From: a virus
DNA length: 39,591 nucleotides
Virus record (IMG/VR): IMGVR_UViG_3300045988_054897
Direction: 5' to 3' (one strand)
Shown here: positions 32,861 to 39,591 of the stretch, piece after piece
How the letters are laid out: every line of letters starts with the position of its first letter
Position numbering within the stretch: the stretch's first letter is position 1
Notes under the pieces: model-generated
Database searches by the model: none
What the model saw: the letters and a program-made list of their open reading frames with translations, nothing else
Told to the model about the DNA's origin: nothing
Position numbers and translations under genes: made by a program

Positions 32861-33005
32861 GCTTTTCTCCCTTCTTCTCATTCGGCACGAGGCCGACAAA
32901 CTCAAGGCCGCGACCGCGTGCGTAAATCTCGCCCATGATCGTCCCCAGCTTTACGGGGTCAGGGGGCGTGACCCAGATAATCTTGTACTCGGGTTTTTTT
33001 CTCAT
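32853..33005 (-). CDS. Small hypothetical protein (50 aa)
   Basis: ATG 33005; MRKKPEYKIIWVTPPDPVKLG...; weak RBS. Confidence 0.4.
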   Translation of the reverse strand: MRKKPEYKIIWVTPPDPVKLGTIMGEIYARGRGLEFVGLVPNEKKGEKHG

Positions 33006-33074
33006 TGCATTTTCCTTTCCCCTGTGTTACAATGAGCACAGGACACAATATCTTGTGGTGAGATTTGTCCGGTT

Positions 33075-33110
33075 GCCCTGTTCGGCCTGCTACGCTGAAC
33101 AGGGCTTTTC
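33075..33110 (+). terminator. Hairpin plus T-run (plus sense) directly downstream of the minus-strand gene 33121..33486
   Basis: GCCCTGTTC...GAACAGGGC then TTTTCTT. Confidence 0.5.
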
Positions 33111-33120
33111 TTATGCCCTT

Positions 33121-33486
33121 TCATTCAATTGGCTCCAAGTCAAAAATGCTGTCGGGGTAAAAGCTCCAACTCCCAAATCGGGATTTGCTGTACTGTGCGT
33201 CATAAAGCCACTCATTCAGCTCGATTTTCTTGGAAGTCAGCGCCGCATCTTCCACGGCGTTTTTCGCTTCGTGCATTTCGATGTATGCCTTCTGGCGGTT
33301 AAAGTTATTGATGGACTGTGGCGTTTCGAGCACGCTCACAAGGATAACCACTACCGCCGTGACTATGGCAATGATAGAGATTACTTCTACTGCCAACAGG
33401 CACAAAGAGGAATCTATCTTTCCCTCAAGCCAATGTGAAACGCAGATGCCGATGATGCCGAAAACAATCACAATAATCCAGTTCAT
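33121..33486 (-). CDS. Membrane protein (2 TM, 121 aa)
   Basis: Start moved to ATG 33486 after AAGGAGGAAGGAG; MNWIIVIVFGIIGICVSHW... Confidence 0.55.
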   Translation of the reverse strand: MNWIIVIVFGIIGICVSHWLEGKIDSSLCLLAVEVISIIAIVTAVVVILVSVLETPQSINNFNRQKAYIEMHEAKNAVEDAALTSKKIELNEWLYDAQYSKSRFGSWSFYPDSIFDLEPIE

Positions 33487-33503
33487 ACTCTCTCCTTCCT
33501 CCT

Positions 33504-33695
33504 TTACTTTTCGTCCGGCTTCAAAAGCTCGTCCACCGTGCAGCCGTAGAGCGCGGCGACCTCCGGCAGACGGCTTGCGCGCGGATGCTGCTGTCCGGTC
33601 TCCCACATATATACCGCTGCGTCGGAGACCTTTAGTTTTTCGATCACCTGCTGGACACTCAGGCCGGCAGCCAATCGAGCGCTGCGAAAACTCAT
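33504..33695 (-). CDS. Cro-like XRE HTH protein, first gene of the early operon
   Basis: GGAGGTG RBS; FRSARLAAGLSVQQVIEKLKVSDAAVYMWETGQ. Confidence 0.75.
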   Translation of the reverse strand: MSFRSARLAAGLSVQQVIEKLKVSDAAVYMWETGQQHPRASRLPEVAALYGCTVDELLKPDEK

Positions 33696-33730
33696 TCGTT
33701 CACCTCCAATTTGCTTTTACTTAGTTTTCA

Positions 33731-33759
33731 TTGACTGCGGCGTGGGGATTTGCTATACT
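33731..33759 (+). promoter_or_regulatory. Near-consensus promoter of the small basic ORF
   Basis: TTGACT (33731-33736), 17 nt, TATACT (33754-33759). Confidence 0.6.
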
Positions 33760-33826
33760 CTTATGCAGGAGGATAGAGTAAAAAGGCACGAGGCCCCCCA
33801 TATTCTCATTGAAAGGAGGGAACCCT

Positions 33827-33958
33827 TTGCCGAGGAACTCCGTCCGGACAAGTAAGCGCGTTGCTTCCAAAGCGTCGAAAACTTTAAGCAACCGCAAGGC
33901 AAGCAAGAACACAAAAGCTCTTGCCGCGTCCGCCTTGTCCAACCGCCGGTCAAAGTGA
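33827..33958 (+). CDS. 43-aa highly basic Ser/Lys/Ala-rich protein; too short for the ORF track
   Basis: GAAAGGAGGG RBS 7 nt before TTG 33827; (M)PRNSVRTSKRVASKASKTLSNRKASKNTKALAASALSNRRSK*. Confidence 0.5.
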   Translation: MPRNSVRTSKRVASKASKTLSNRKASKNTKALAASALSNRRSK

Positions 33959-33966
33959 CCGATGAG

Positions 33967-34002
33967 CCGCCCCGATGTTACCGCATCGGGGCGGTCTCTT
34001 TT
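33967..34002 (+). terminator. Strong intrinsic terminator
   Basis: CCGCCCCGATG-TTACCG-CATCGGGGCGG then TCTCTTTT. Confidence 0.75.
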
Positions 34003-34059
34003 CCCCTCGCCGCAGCCAATAAAAAACTTAGCGAAAGAGCAAGAAAAACTAAGTTTCCC

Positions 34060-34087
34060 TTGACAACTTGGCAAACTGTGATATTAT
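34060..34087 (+). promoter_or_regulatory. Candidate repressor (lysogenic) promoter
   Basis: TTGACA (34060-34065), 16 nt, TGaTATTAT (34079-34087). Confidence 0.55.
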
Positions 34088-34165
34088 AAAGGTGCCAACG
34101 ATCATAATATTTTTTCGCAGTCCGCTAAATGTAAGGGGGCTTGGGTTTTTATTACCCTTTATGCT

Positions 34166-34198
34166 AACTAGTATAAGCTAGCAATACTAGTTTGTCAA
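34166..34198 (-). promoter_or_regulatory. Candidate early lytic promoter with overlapping operator palindrome
   Basis: Minus strand: TTGACA (34198..34193), 17 nt, TATACT (34175..34170). Inverted repeat AACTAGTAT-N9-ATACTAGTT at 34166-34192; a further CTAGTT/AACTAG pair at 34217-34240. Confidence 0.6.
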
Positions 34199-34251
34199 GA
34201 AAAACTTAGAATTTTGCTAGTTAAAAATTAGCCAAACTAGGCGGTGATTTT

Positions 34252-34638
34252 TTGGATAGATCGCCAATTGTTACAAGAATAAATGCTTTGCTTGCTAAGA
34301 AAAACATTTCTAAAGCAGAGTTTTACGAAAAATGTAATCTAACTTCTGCATCGTATTCCAATTGGAACACAGGGAAAACGCGCCCCAAAGTGAAAAATAT
34401 AGAGAGAATTGCAAGATTTTTGGGCGTCACTTCTGAATATCTCCTTTATGGGGACGGAGCAGAAAAAGAAAGCGCCCCCGATCCGAAGACCGAGGGCGTG
34501 GAAAAAGCCCCCGCCACAGAGGGCGAGGGCTATACGGAGTTGCAGAAGGCCGCTATTCAGTTTGTATTGTCATTACCGCCGGAAAAGTTGGAGCGGTTTA
34601 TAAAAATGGGCCGCGCTGCTTTTGAGGAAGAACAATGA
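34252..34638 (+). CDS. CI-like XRE-family repressor
   Basis: TTG start as in the track; LAKKNISKAEFYEKCNLTSASYSNWNTGKTRPKVKNIERIARFLGVTSEYLLYG plus C-terminal domain. Confidence 0.75.
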   Translation: MDRSPIVTRINALLAKKNISKAEFYEKCNLTSASYSNWNTGKTRPKVKNIERIARFLGVTSEYLLYGDGAEKESAPDPKTEGVEKAPATEGEGYTELQKAAIQFVLSLPPEKLERFIKMGRAAFEEEQ

Positions 34639-35006
34639 AAGAAATCATCATTTCACTCGGCTGTGCTGCTATTTCCGGCATTGTCGCATGGATCGTTGCA
34701 AAACAGGCGGCAAAGGCAGAAATCAAAAAGCTGCAAACAATATGGGCGCACGAAAAGGAAACGGCCTGCGATGCCGATTTTGACAAAATGGTATCTGCCG
34801 TTTCCATTTACGCAAAATACCCGTCTCCGAATGATTTCCATGCCGCGACCGATGCCGTCGCCGTTTATCGGGCAAAGGCAACCGAGGAAATGGCGGTCGA
34901 GGTCGACAAACTCAGCGAATTGATAGAGCGGTTCAAACCAAATTGCGACGCGATCTTGAAGCAGTTAAATGCCGTGATCGAGTGCAAGCGGAAAGCCAAC
35001 GGTTAA
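34635..35006 (+). CDS. Membrane-anchored protein co-transcribed with the repressor (possible superinfection-exclusion role)
   Basis: N-terminal TM IIISLGCAAISGIVAWIVA; ATGA overlap with the repressor gene; role is speculative. Confidence 0.55.
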   Translation: MKEIIISLGCAAISGIVAWIVAKQAAKAEIKKLQTIWAHEKETACDADFDKMVSAVSIYAKYPSPNDFHAATDAVAVYRAKATEEMAVEVDKLSELIERFKPNCDAILKQLNAVIECKRKANG

Positions 35007-35179
35007 AATGCGGCCTTTCCAGCTTCGCCCTCTTTCCAAAACATTTCAAGTTCCCCGGTAAACAGGTTTCGCGCCATTCGGTAAAGCTCGGTCATTGCGG
35101 TCTCGCGATCCATGCCGTCACATTCCAGGCCGATTTCATACTCGGCGCCTTTTTCTTTACTGATCGCCCAAATTTTCAT
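35003..35179 (-). CDS. Small hypothetical protein (58 aa)
   Basis: GGAGG RBS; ATG 35179; MKIWAISKEKGAEYEIGLECDG... Confidence 0.5.
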   Translation of the reverse strand: MKIWAISKEKGAEYEIGLECDGMDRETAMTELYRMARNLFTGELEMFWKEGEAGKAAF

Positions 35180-35298
35180 TTTAGAGCCTCCATGATTTTT
35201 TGAAGTTGTTCGTCGGATAACTTTTGGATTAAGTCAAAGGCTTCTGCCAGCATTTCTTGATACTCTATTGTATCACATTTTGCGTCGTTACACAACAT
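35176..35298 (-). CDS. Small hypothetical protein (40 aa)
   Basis: ACGGAGGGA RBS; ATG 35298; stop overlaps the next start (ATGA). Confidence 0.45.
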   Translation of the reverse strand: MLCNDAKCDTIEYQEMLAEAFDLIQKLSDEQLQKIMEALK

Positions 35299-35440
35299 CT
35301 TGCGTCCCTCCGTTTGGCTCTAAGGCTATTTTTTGCTCCTCCTCCGCGAGGATGCGCTCAATCAGCGCGAGCATTTCGTCTTTCTGCTTCGGCGTTAGGA
35401 GCAGATAAAGCGCCGCCGCCGCTTGCACCTGTGCGTCCAT
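35288..35440 (-). CDS. Small hypothetical protein (50 aa)
   Basis: AAAGGAGG RBS; ATG 35440; MDAQVQAAAALYLLLTPKQKDEML... Confidence 0.45.
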   Translation of the reverse strand: MDAQVQAAAALYLLLTPKQKDEMLALIERILAEEEQKIALEPNGGTQDVV

Positions 35441-35626
35441 GATTTGACCTCCTTTTCGGTATTCATACCTATTCCCACAACAGGCGTTTGCTGCACGGCG
35501 CTGTGCAACAATTAAAAAATATTGTGGAGCGGCGCGCAACCGCAGGATCACTTTTTATTTTACTATATGTCGATTATTGCACTTTGTGCAGTTGAAAATA
35601 TAACAACAGAGGGGAGAAAGTTTATC

Positions 35627-35875
35627 ATGATGTGTCCAAATTGCGGGAGCGAAAATGTAACGATTGGAATCCAGCAGGCTACGACCTACACGAAAAAACA
35701 CGGAAACGGAATTGGCGGGCATCTGAACAATGCCGCCCGCGGCTTGACTGCGTTTTGCACTCTCGGCATGTCTAATCTTGTTTGGAAAAAGAGCAAGGGG
35801 AACGAAAAGACTGTCGTTAAAAACGAAAAGGTTTGCCTCTGCCAAAACTGCGGTTATTCCTGGACTATTAAGTAA
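35627..35875 (+). CDS. Zinc-ribbon protein (82 aa)
   Basis: Start moved to ATG 35627 after GGGGAGAAAG; CPNCGS...CQNCG. Confidence 0.6.
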   Translation: MMCPNCGSENVTIGIQQATTYTKKHGNGIGGHLNNAARGLTAFCTLGMSNLVWKKSKGNEKTVVKNEKVCLCQNCGYSWTIK

Positions 35876-35880
35876 CTAAA

Positions 35881-35919
35881 GGCCCCGCCGCCCTCTGCAA
35901 CAAACGGCGGGGCCTTTTT
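35881..35919 (+). terminator. Intrinsic terminator
   Basis: GGCCCCGCCG...CGGCGGGGCC then TTTTT. Confidence 0.7.
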
Positions 35920-36083
35920 GCAGCCGGCGGGGAACGACCGCCGCTGCTTGTCTTTACCGTAGCCCACTTTGGCTTGGTAATTCAATGCCGAAGCCTTGCA
36001 ATAAGGCAGCGCTCGACATGGTTCGACAAGCCCTTATCTTGCGACTTTGCGGCGCGAAAATCGGAAAAATTAAGGTGGAATAA

Positions 36084-36476
36084 ATGAATATTCAAGAAGT
36101 GTGCAGAATCCGTAAAGAGGACTTAAAACTGACCTATCAAGACATTTCCGACGATTCCGGCGTACCGCTGTCCACCGTGCAGAATTTCTTTTCCAAGTTT
36201 TCGAAAGCTCCGTCGATCTACACCGTCGCGCCGATTTGCAAAGCGCTTGGAATATCGCTTGATGAAGCGTTCGGAATTTCCGAACACTTGACACCGACCG
36301 AGGAAACTTTGCAGGCGCGGAATGACGAGCTGGAACGCCATGTTGACGCGAAAGCGGATACCATTGAGATCATGCGGCGCGGCGTGCGTATCCGCAACGG
36401 CGTGATTGCTATAATGTTTGTCATTATCGTTCTGCTGTCTGCATGGTGCTTGTATATTGATTGGAGGGGGATTTGA
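36084..36476 (+). CDS. XRE HTH protein with C-terminal TM segment, coupled to the integrase
   Basis: KLTYQDISDDSGVPLSTVQNFFS; C-terminal VIAIMFVIIVLLSAWCLYI; stop overlaps the integrase ATG. Confidence 0.7.
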   Translation: MNIQEVCRIRKEDLKLTYQDISDDSGVPLSTVQNFFSKFSKAPSIYTVAPICKALGISLDEAFGISEHLTPTEETLQARNDELERHVDAKADTIEIMRRGVRIRNGVIAIMFVIIVLLSAWCLYIDWRGI

Positions 36477-37774
36477 TGAGAGCGGCGCTATATATCCGAG
36501 TGTCCAGCGAGGAACAGGCGCGGCATGGTCTATCATTACAAGAGCAGCGGGACACGCTGACAAGGTATGCCAATGCAAATAAAATGACCGTGGTGGGCAT
36601 ATATGAGGACGCGGGCATATCCGCGCGAAAGCCGTATAAAAAGCGACCTGCGCTCCTGCGGCTGCTGGATAATTGCAAAGCGGGGAAGGTAGACACGATT
36701 CTGTTTATCAAGCTCGACCGATGGTTTCGCAATGTCGCGGGATACTACGACGTGCAGACGCAGTTGGACAAATACGGCGTGACATGGCAGGCGACGGAAG
36801 AGGACTACGAAACGCGCACCGCGTCCGGGCGATTAAAGGTCAACATCATGCTTTCCGTCGCGCAGGACGAGGCCGACCGCACAAGCGAGCGGATCAAATT
36901 TATCAACAACGGCAAGCGTGCAAAAGGCCAACCGGCAGGGTCAAAAGCCCCTTTAGGGTATATCATCAAGGACAGGCAATACCAGATTGATAACGATACG
37001 GCAGATGCCGCGCGAGATATGTTTGCGGCGTATGTCAGACTGCAAAGCGTGTTGGGCGTAAAACGCTATATGCTTGAGACATGGGGCATTGACCGCGCGT
37101 ATACCAAGTATGTAAACTATTTTCGGAACCGGCTTTATATCGGCGAGGTGTACGGCATCGAGAATGCTTGCCCCGCCCTGGTGAGCAAGCAGGATTTTGA
37201 CATTGTAAATGATATCCTCCGTCAGCGGTCGCAGCGCTGCGCGGGAGTTGAGACAGATCGCGTTTATCTGTTCTCGGGGTTGCTGCATTGCAAAGAGTGT
37301 GGGAAAACGATGCAGTCGGAAACGGCAAAGCATATCTATACCTACTACCGATGCCGGACGCGAATGCTTGACAACTCCGCGTGCCAGCATAAAAAGAGGA
37401 TCCGCGAAGACGCGCTGGAAGATTACTTATTGCATGAGCTTGAAGGGATTGCCGAGCGAAACAATCGCTATTACAAAAAGGCAGAAAAAAAGCCCACGCA
37501 AAGCGCGGACGCGATACGCAAGAAAATGGGTAAGTTGAAAACGCTTTATCTTAACGACTTGATCGAGTTGGACGAATACAAGAAAGAGTACACCACATTA
37601 AAGAAATCCATTGAAGCGGTAGAGGAAAAGCCGAAGACAAACCTTGACGCGCTCCGAAATGGACTTGCTGAATATGACACTTATTCCCGGGAAGAGAAAA
37701 AGGAATTCTGGACGCGCTTTATCCGGAGAATTGACGCAGATGACGACGGCGCGTTTTTTGTAACGCCACGTTAG
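36476..37774 (+). CDS. Large serine recombinase (phage integrase)
   Basis: Start at ATG 36476 after GGAGGGGG; AALYIRVSSEEQ catalytic Ser motif, recombinase domain, zinc ribbon CKECGKTMQ...YYRC, C-terminal coiled coil. Confidence 0.9.
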   Translation: MRAALYIRVSSEEQARHGLSLQEQRDTLTRYANANKMTVVGIYEDAGISARKPYKKRPALLRLLDNCKAGKVDTILFIKLDRWFRNVAGYYDVQTQLDKYGVTWQATEEDYETRTASGRLKVNIMLSVAQDEADRTSERIKFINNGKRAKGQPAGSKAPLGYIIKDRQYQIDNDTADAARDMFAAYVRLQSVLGVKRYMLETWGIDRAYTKYVNYFRNRLYIGEVYGIENACPALVSKQDFDIVNDILRQRSQRCAGVETDRVYLFSGLLHCKECGKTMQSETAKHIYTYYRCRTRMLDNSACQHKKRIREDALEDYLLHELEGIAERNNRYYKKAEKKPTQSADAIRKKMGKLKTLYLNDLIELDEYKKEYTTLKKSIEAVEEKPKTNLDALRNGLAEYDTYSREEKKEFWTRFIRRIDADDDGAFFVTPR

Positions 37775-37821
37775 GCATATTTGCCCTTGGTGTTCCCAAA
37801 GGTAAATTTTGCCCAAAAGAA
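37775..37821. other. Candidate attP region
   Basis: Immediately 3' of the serine integrase; imperfect inverted repeat CCCTTGG-TGTT-c-CCAAAGG (37784-37802) flanked by TTTGCCC direct repeats (37780, 37808). Confidence 0.35.
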
Positions 37822-37822
37822 T

Positions 37823-37855
37823 CCCCCGCCTTACGACGGGGGTGTTCTTATTTTT
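37823..37855. terminator. Bidirectional terminator between the convergent integrase and accessory operon
   Basis: CCCCCG-N8-CGGGGG with TGTTCTTATTTTT on plus and ATTCTTTTGG on minus. Confidence 0.6.
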
Positions 37856-38183
37856 CGAGCTTCCGCATCACGCTGTTGTACACGCGCTCATTGACGATTT
37901 TCAAGCTGTCCATCAGCTCGTCCATGATCTCCCACGCCTTGTCCGGTGAAACATCTGCCACTGCGCGCAAAAAATCGCTGTCGCCGTATCTGCCTACCGT
38001 TTCAGACGCATAGGCTTTGACCGGCGCGGGAGCTGCCGAATACAGCATCGGCCTTTCCGGTTCTTTGGGCGCGTTTTGATTTTGGATGATGTACAGCGCC
38101 GCCAGCTTTTGATAATTGGGCCAGCTCGATGCCTCCGTCTCAAGCCGCGATATCCACAGCTTGACCTCGTTTTCGTCGATCAA
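37848..38183 (-). CDS. Hypothetical protein (gene D of the accessory operon)
   Basis: ORF track; no recognisable domain. Confidence 0.6.
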   Translation of the reverse strand: MIDENEVKLWISRLETEASSWPNYQKLAALYIIQNQNAPKEPERPMLYSAAPAPVKAYASETVGRYGDSDFLRAVADVSPDKAWEIMDELMDSLKIVNERVYNSVMRKLEK

Positions 38184-38198
38184 GGGGACGCACCCCCT

Positions 38199-38642
38199 TT
38201 ATTCCTCCATCAGGCTCGCGGCGCGACGCAGCGCTTCCTTTACGCGGTCGTCGTCCGTCTCGCGCATCATGTCGTTGATCTGCTCGCGCAGGTGCTCCAT
38301 GCTGTCGGCGCGGCTGTAGTGCCCGCGAACGTAATGCGTGCCGCGGCGAGCATAGGAGCTGCCCCTGCCGTAAGTGCCGCGCATATCGGCCTGCCAGTCG
38401 CCGCCACGAGAATAATCACCGTCGCGGGAGTAATCGCCATCGCGGGAATAGCGACGCGAATAGTCTCCGTCGCGAGAGTAACCGTCGTCCTCCATCATCT
38501 CGATCTTGTCGATGTTCTTGATGGTGTCGGTCAGCTTGTGCGCGATTTCAAGGTCGCCCGCGCCCAGGTCGCCCTTGCGCGCCAGCTCGTCGAGTTCTTC
38601 ACAAAGCATATTGCGAAGCTCGTACATTGCTTTCTTACTCAT
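38199..38642 (-). CDS. Hypothetical protein with DGDYSR repeats (gene C)
   Basis: Start moved to ATG 38642 after AAGGAGAA; YSRDGDYSRRYSRDGDYSRDGDYSRGGDW between two helical acidic regions. Confidence 0.6.
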   Translation of the reverse strand: MSKKAMYELRNMLCEELDELARKGDLGAGDLEIAHKLTDTIKNIDKIEMMEDDGYSRDGDYSRRYSRDGDYSRDGDYSRGGDWQADMRGTYGRGSSYARRGTHYVRGHYSRADSMEHLREQINDMMRETDDDRVKEALRRAASLMEE

Positions 38643-38655
38643 GTCCATTCTCCTT

Positions 38656-39078
38656 TCACGCGATTCTCTCAACCGTCAGGTTCGAGTTGGCGAAGTTGAC
38701 GGCCTGAGTGCTGGTGTTTTCCATTGCAACCGTCAGGCAGCAGCCTTTCGGGACGCAGACCTGCGCGGAAACATAAATGTTAAAGTAGTTCTCTACCGCC
38801 GCAGGCGTGACGGTAGCTGTTGCGCTGGTCAGCGGCTCTCCGTTGATGGCAAGCGCCGCCGTGATGGCTTCGACCGTGCCTCCGGTGGGAATAGCGATGT
38901 TGCCGCCAAAGGAGACCCGAAACAGAGCGCGGTTTTGATTGGTGATGCCGCGCAGCGTGATCTGGCTGCTTCCTTCTCTATGCACAATACAGGGCTTGCT
39001 ATTGACCGCCGTTTCGGTCAAGGGGACGTTCTGCCCTGCGGCTACGCTTACAATATTCGCGTTTGTGTACTCTGCCAA
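38656..39078 (-). CDS. Hypothetical beta-rich protein, weak by-eye resemblance to BclA/ExsF-type (C1q/TNF-like) exosporium C-terminal domains (gene B)
   Basis: TTG start as in the track; alternating beta-strand pattern ...ALFRVSFGGNIAIPTGG...ALAINGEPL...CCLTVAMENTS...SNLTVERIA. Confidence 0.55.
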   Translation of the reverse strand: MAEYTNANIVSVAAGQNVPLTETAVNSKPCIVHREGSSQITLRGITNQNRALFRVSFGGNIAIPTGGTVEAITAALAINGEPLTSATATVTPAAVENYFNIYVSAQVCVPKGCCLTVAMENTSTQAVNFANSNLTVERIA

Positions 39079-39234
39079 AATAATCAGTCCTTTCTAAAGG
39101 GGTCGAAATCGACCCTGTTAAAATACAGCGGCGAGGCAATAGCCCCGCCGCGTTGGTGCCAGTATCGGCACGGGGCCGAACATTTTGTTGACGTCAACAA
39201 AACATCGCCAACAAAAAGCTATGCTATGCAGTTG

Positions 39235-39591
39235 TCAGCAGCCGCAACAGGCAAACTGGTTGCAGCAATAGGGGTTCTGCACCGTGTAGGCCGGAATGGG
39301 AGAGGGGCGCAACTGCGAGACCAGATAGCTGTTCTGCGCCGCCTGGCTTGCCGCCAGCTTCAAACCCTGGTTCTCGGCCTGGAGGTCAGAGAGCTTGCTC
39401 TGCGTCAGGAAGTCGAGGATGGCGCGGCTGTTCTGGTTGTTCGCGTCAATGATGTCGCGCGTGGCGTTCTGCACGGTGTTGCGCGTGTCGCACGCCTGCG
39501 CCGCCATGTCGTAGCGCACCTGGGCGATAGCTGCACGGTTTTCGCAGCAACAATTAGCGGCCTGCATCTGCATGGCGTTGAGCTGCTGCAT
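39235..39591 (-). CDS. 3' part of wrap-around gene A (see 1..479)
   Basis: ...AANCCCENRAAIAQVRYDMAAQACDTRNT...ENQGLKLAASQAAQNSYLVSQLRPSPIPAYTVQNPYCCNQFACCGC*. Confidence 0.75.
   Translation of the reverse strand: MQQLNAMQMQAANCCCENRAAIAQVRYDMAAQACDTRNTVQNATRDIIDANNQNSRAILDFLTQSKLSDLQAENQGLKLAASQAAQNSYLVSQLRPSPIPAYTVQNPYCCNQFACCGC
39473..39591. repeat. Terminal direct repeat, copy 2 (identical to 1..119)
   Basis: See copy 1. Confidence 0.95.

Noticed and set aside
33721-34074. 117-aa minus-strand ORF in the immunity region
   Set aside because: It has no RBS and an odd composition. It spans a strong terminator hairpin and the opposite-strand promoter/RBS/ORF unit, which has much better signals.
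1-39591. Reverse transcriptase systems (DGR, retron), cas genes, transposases, rRNA
   Set aside because: No RT motif (YxDD), Cas-like or transposase-like ORF and no rRNA-like sequence was seen on either strand. Apart from the three HNH genes and the intron, the only other mobility-related gene is the serine integrase.

Overview
The window is one complete, GC-rich temperate siphovirus-type phage or prophage genome, probably from a Clostridia-like host. It closes on itself: nt 1-119 are identical to 39473-39591, so the unit is 39472 bp and the first gene wraps around the window ends. Most genes are on the minus strand. Reading that strand from high to low coordinates gives the following order. 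(1) An accessory 4-gene operon next to the candidate attP (wraps 479/39591 down to 37848). (2) On the plus strand, an XRE-TM protein and a large serine integrase (36084-37774) and a CI-like repressor (34252-34638). (3) A Cro-like gene and a long early operon (33695 down to 22820): XRE regulators, a 3D-domain protein, Rad52-like SSAP, NinB-like protein, HNH, SSB, DnaD-like organizer, DnaC-like loader, a C5-cytosine methyltransferase, DUF1064 and many tiny Cys-rich ORFs. (4) A ~750-nt region (21982-22732) with no credible ORF, dense in hairpins, containing a tRNA-Trp-like element. (5) Packaging and head genes: TerS, TerL, portal, a MuF-toxin fusion, gp10-like protein, scaffold and major capsid. 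(6) Connectors, major tail protein, G/T chaperones, tape measure, tail-tip proteins, fibre and XkdX. (7) Lysis genes: holin, CHAP endolysin and a second wall hydrolase. (8) A last accessory operon. Main points for follow-up: the large candidate structured RNA; a group I intron with an HNH homing endonuclease splitting the tape-measure gene; a circularly permuted C5-methyltransferase disrupted by a second HNH gene that carries a recoded 13-codon duplicate of the target; a type I toxin-antitoxin-like cassette (29-aa holin-like toxin plus a convergent antisense RNA) that the ORF track misses; a MuF protein with a PD-(D/E)xK toxin-like C-terminus beside an RHH/operator cassette; and an immunity region with face-to-face rather than back-to-back promoters. 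All functional calls come from by-eye motif recognition. No database search was run.
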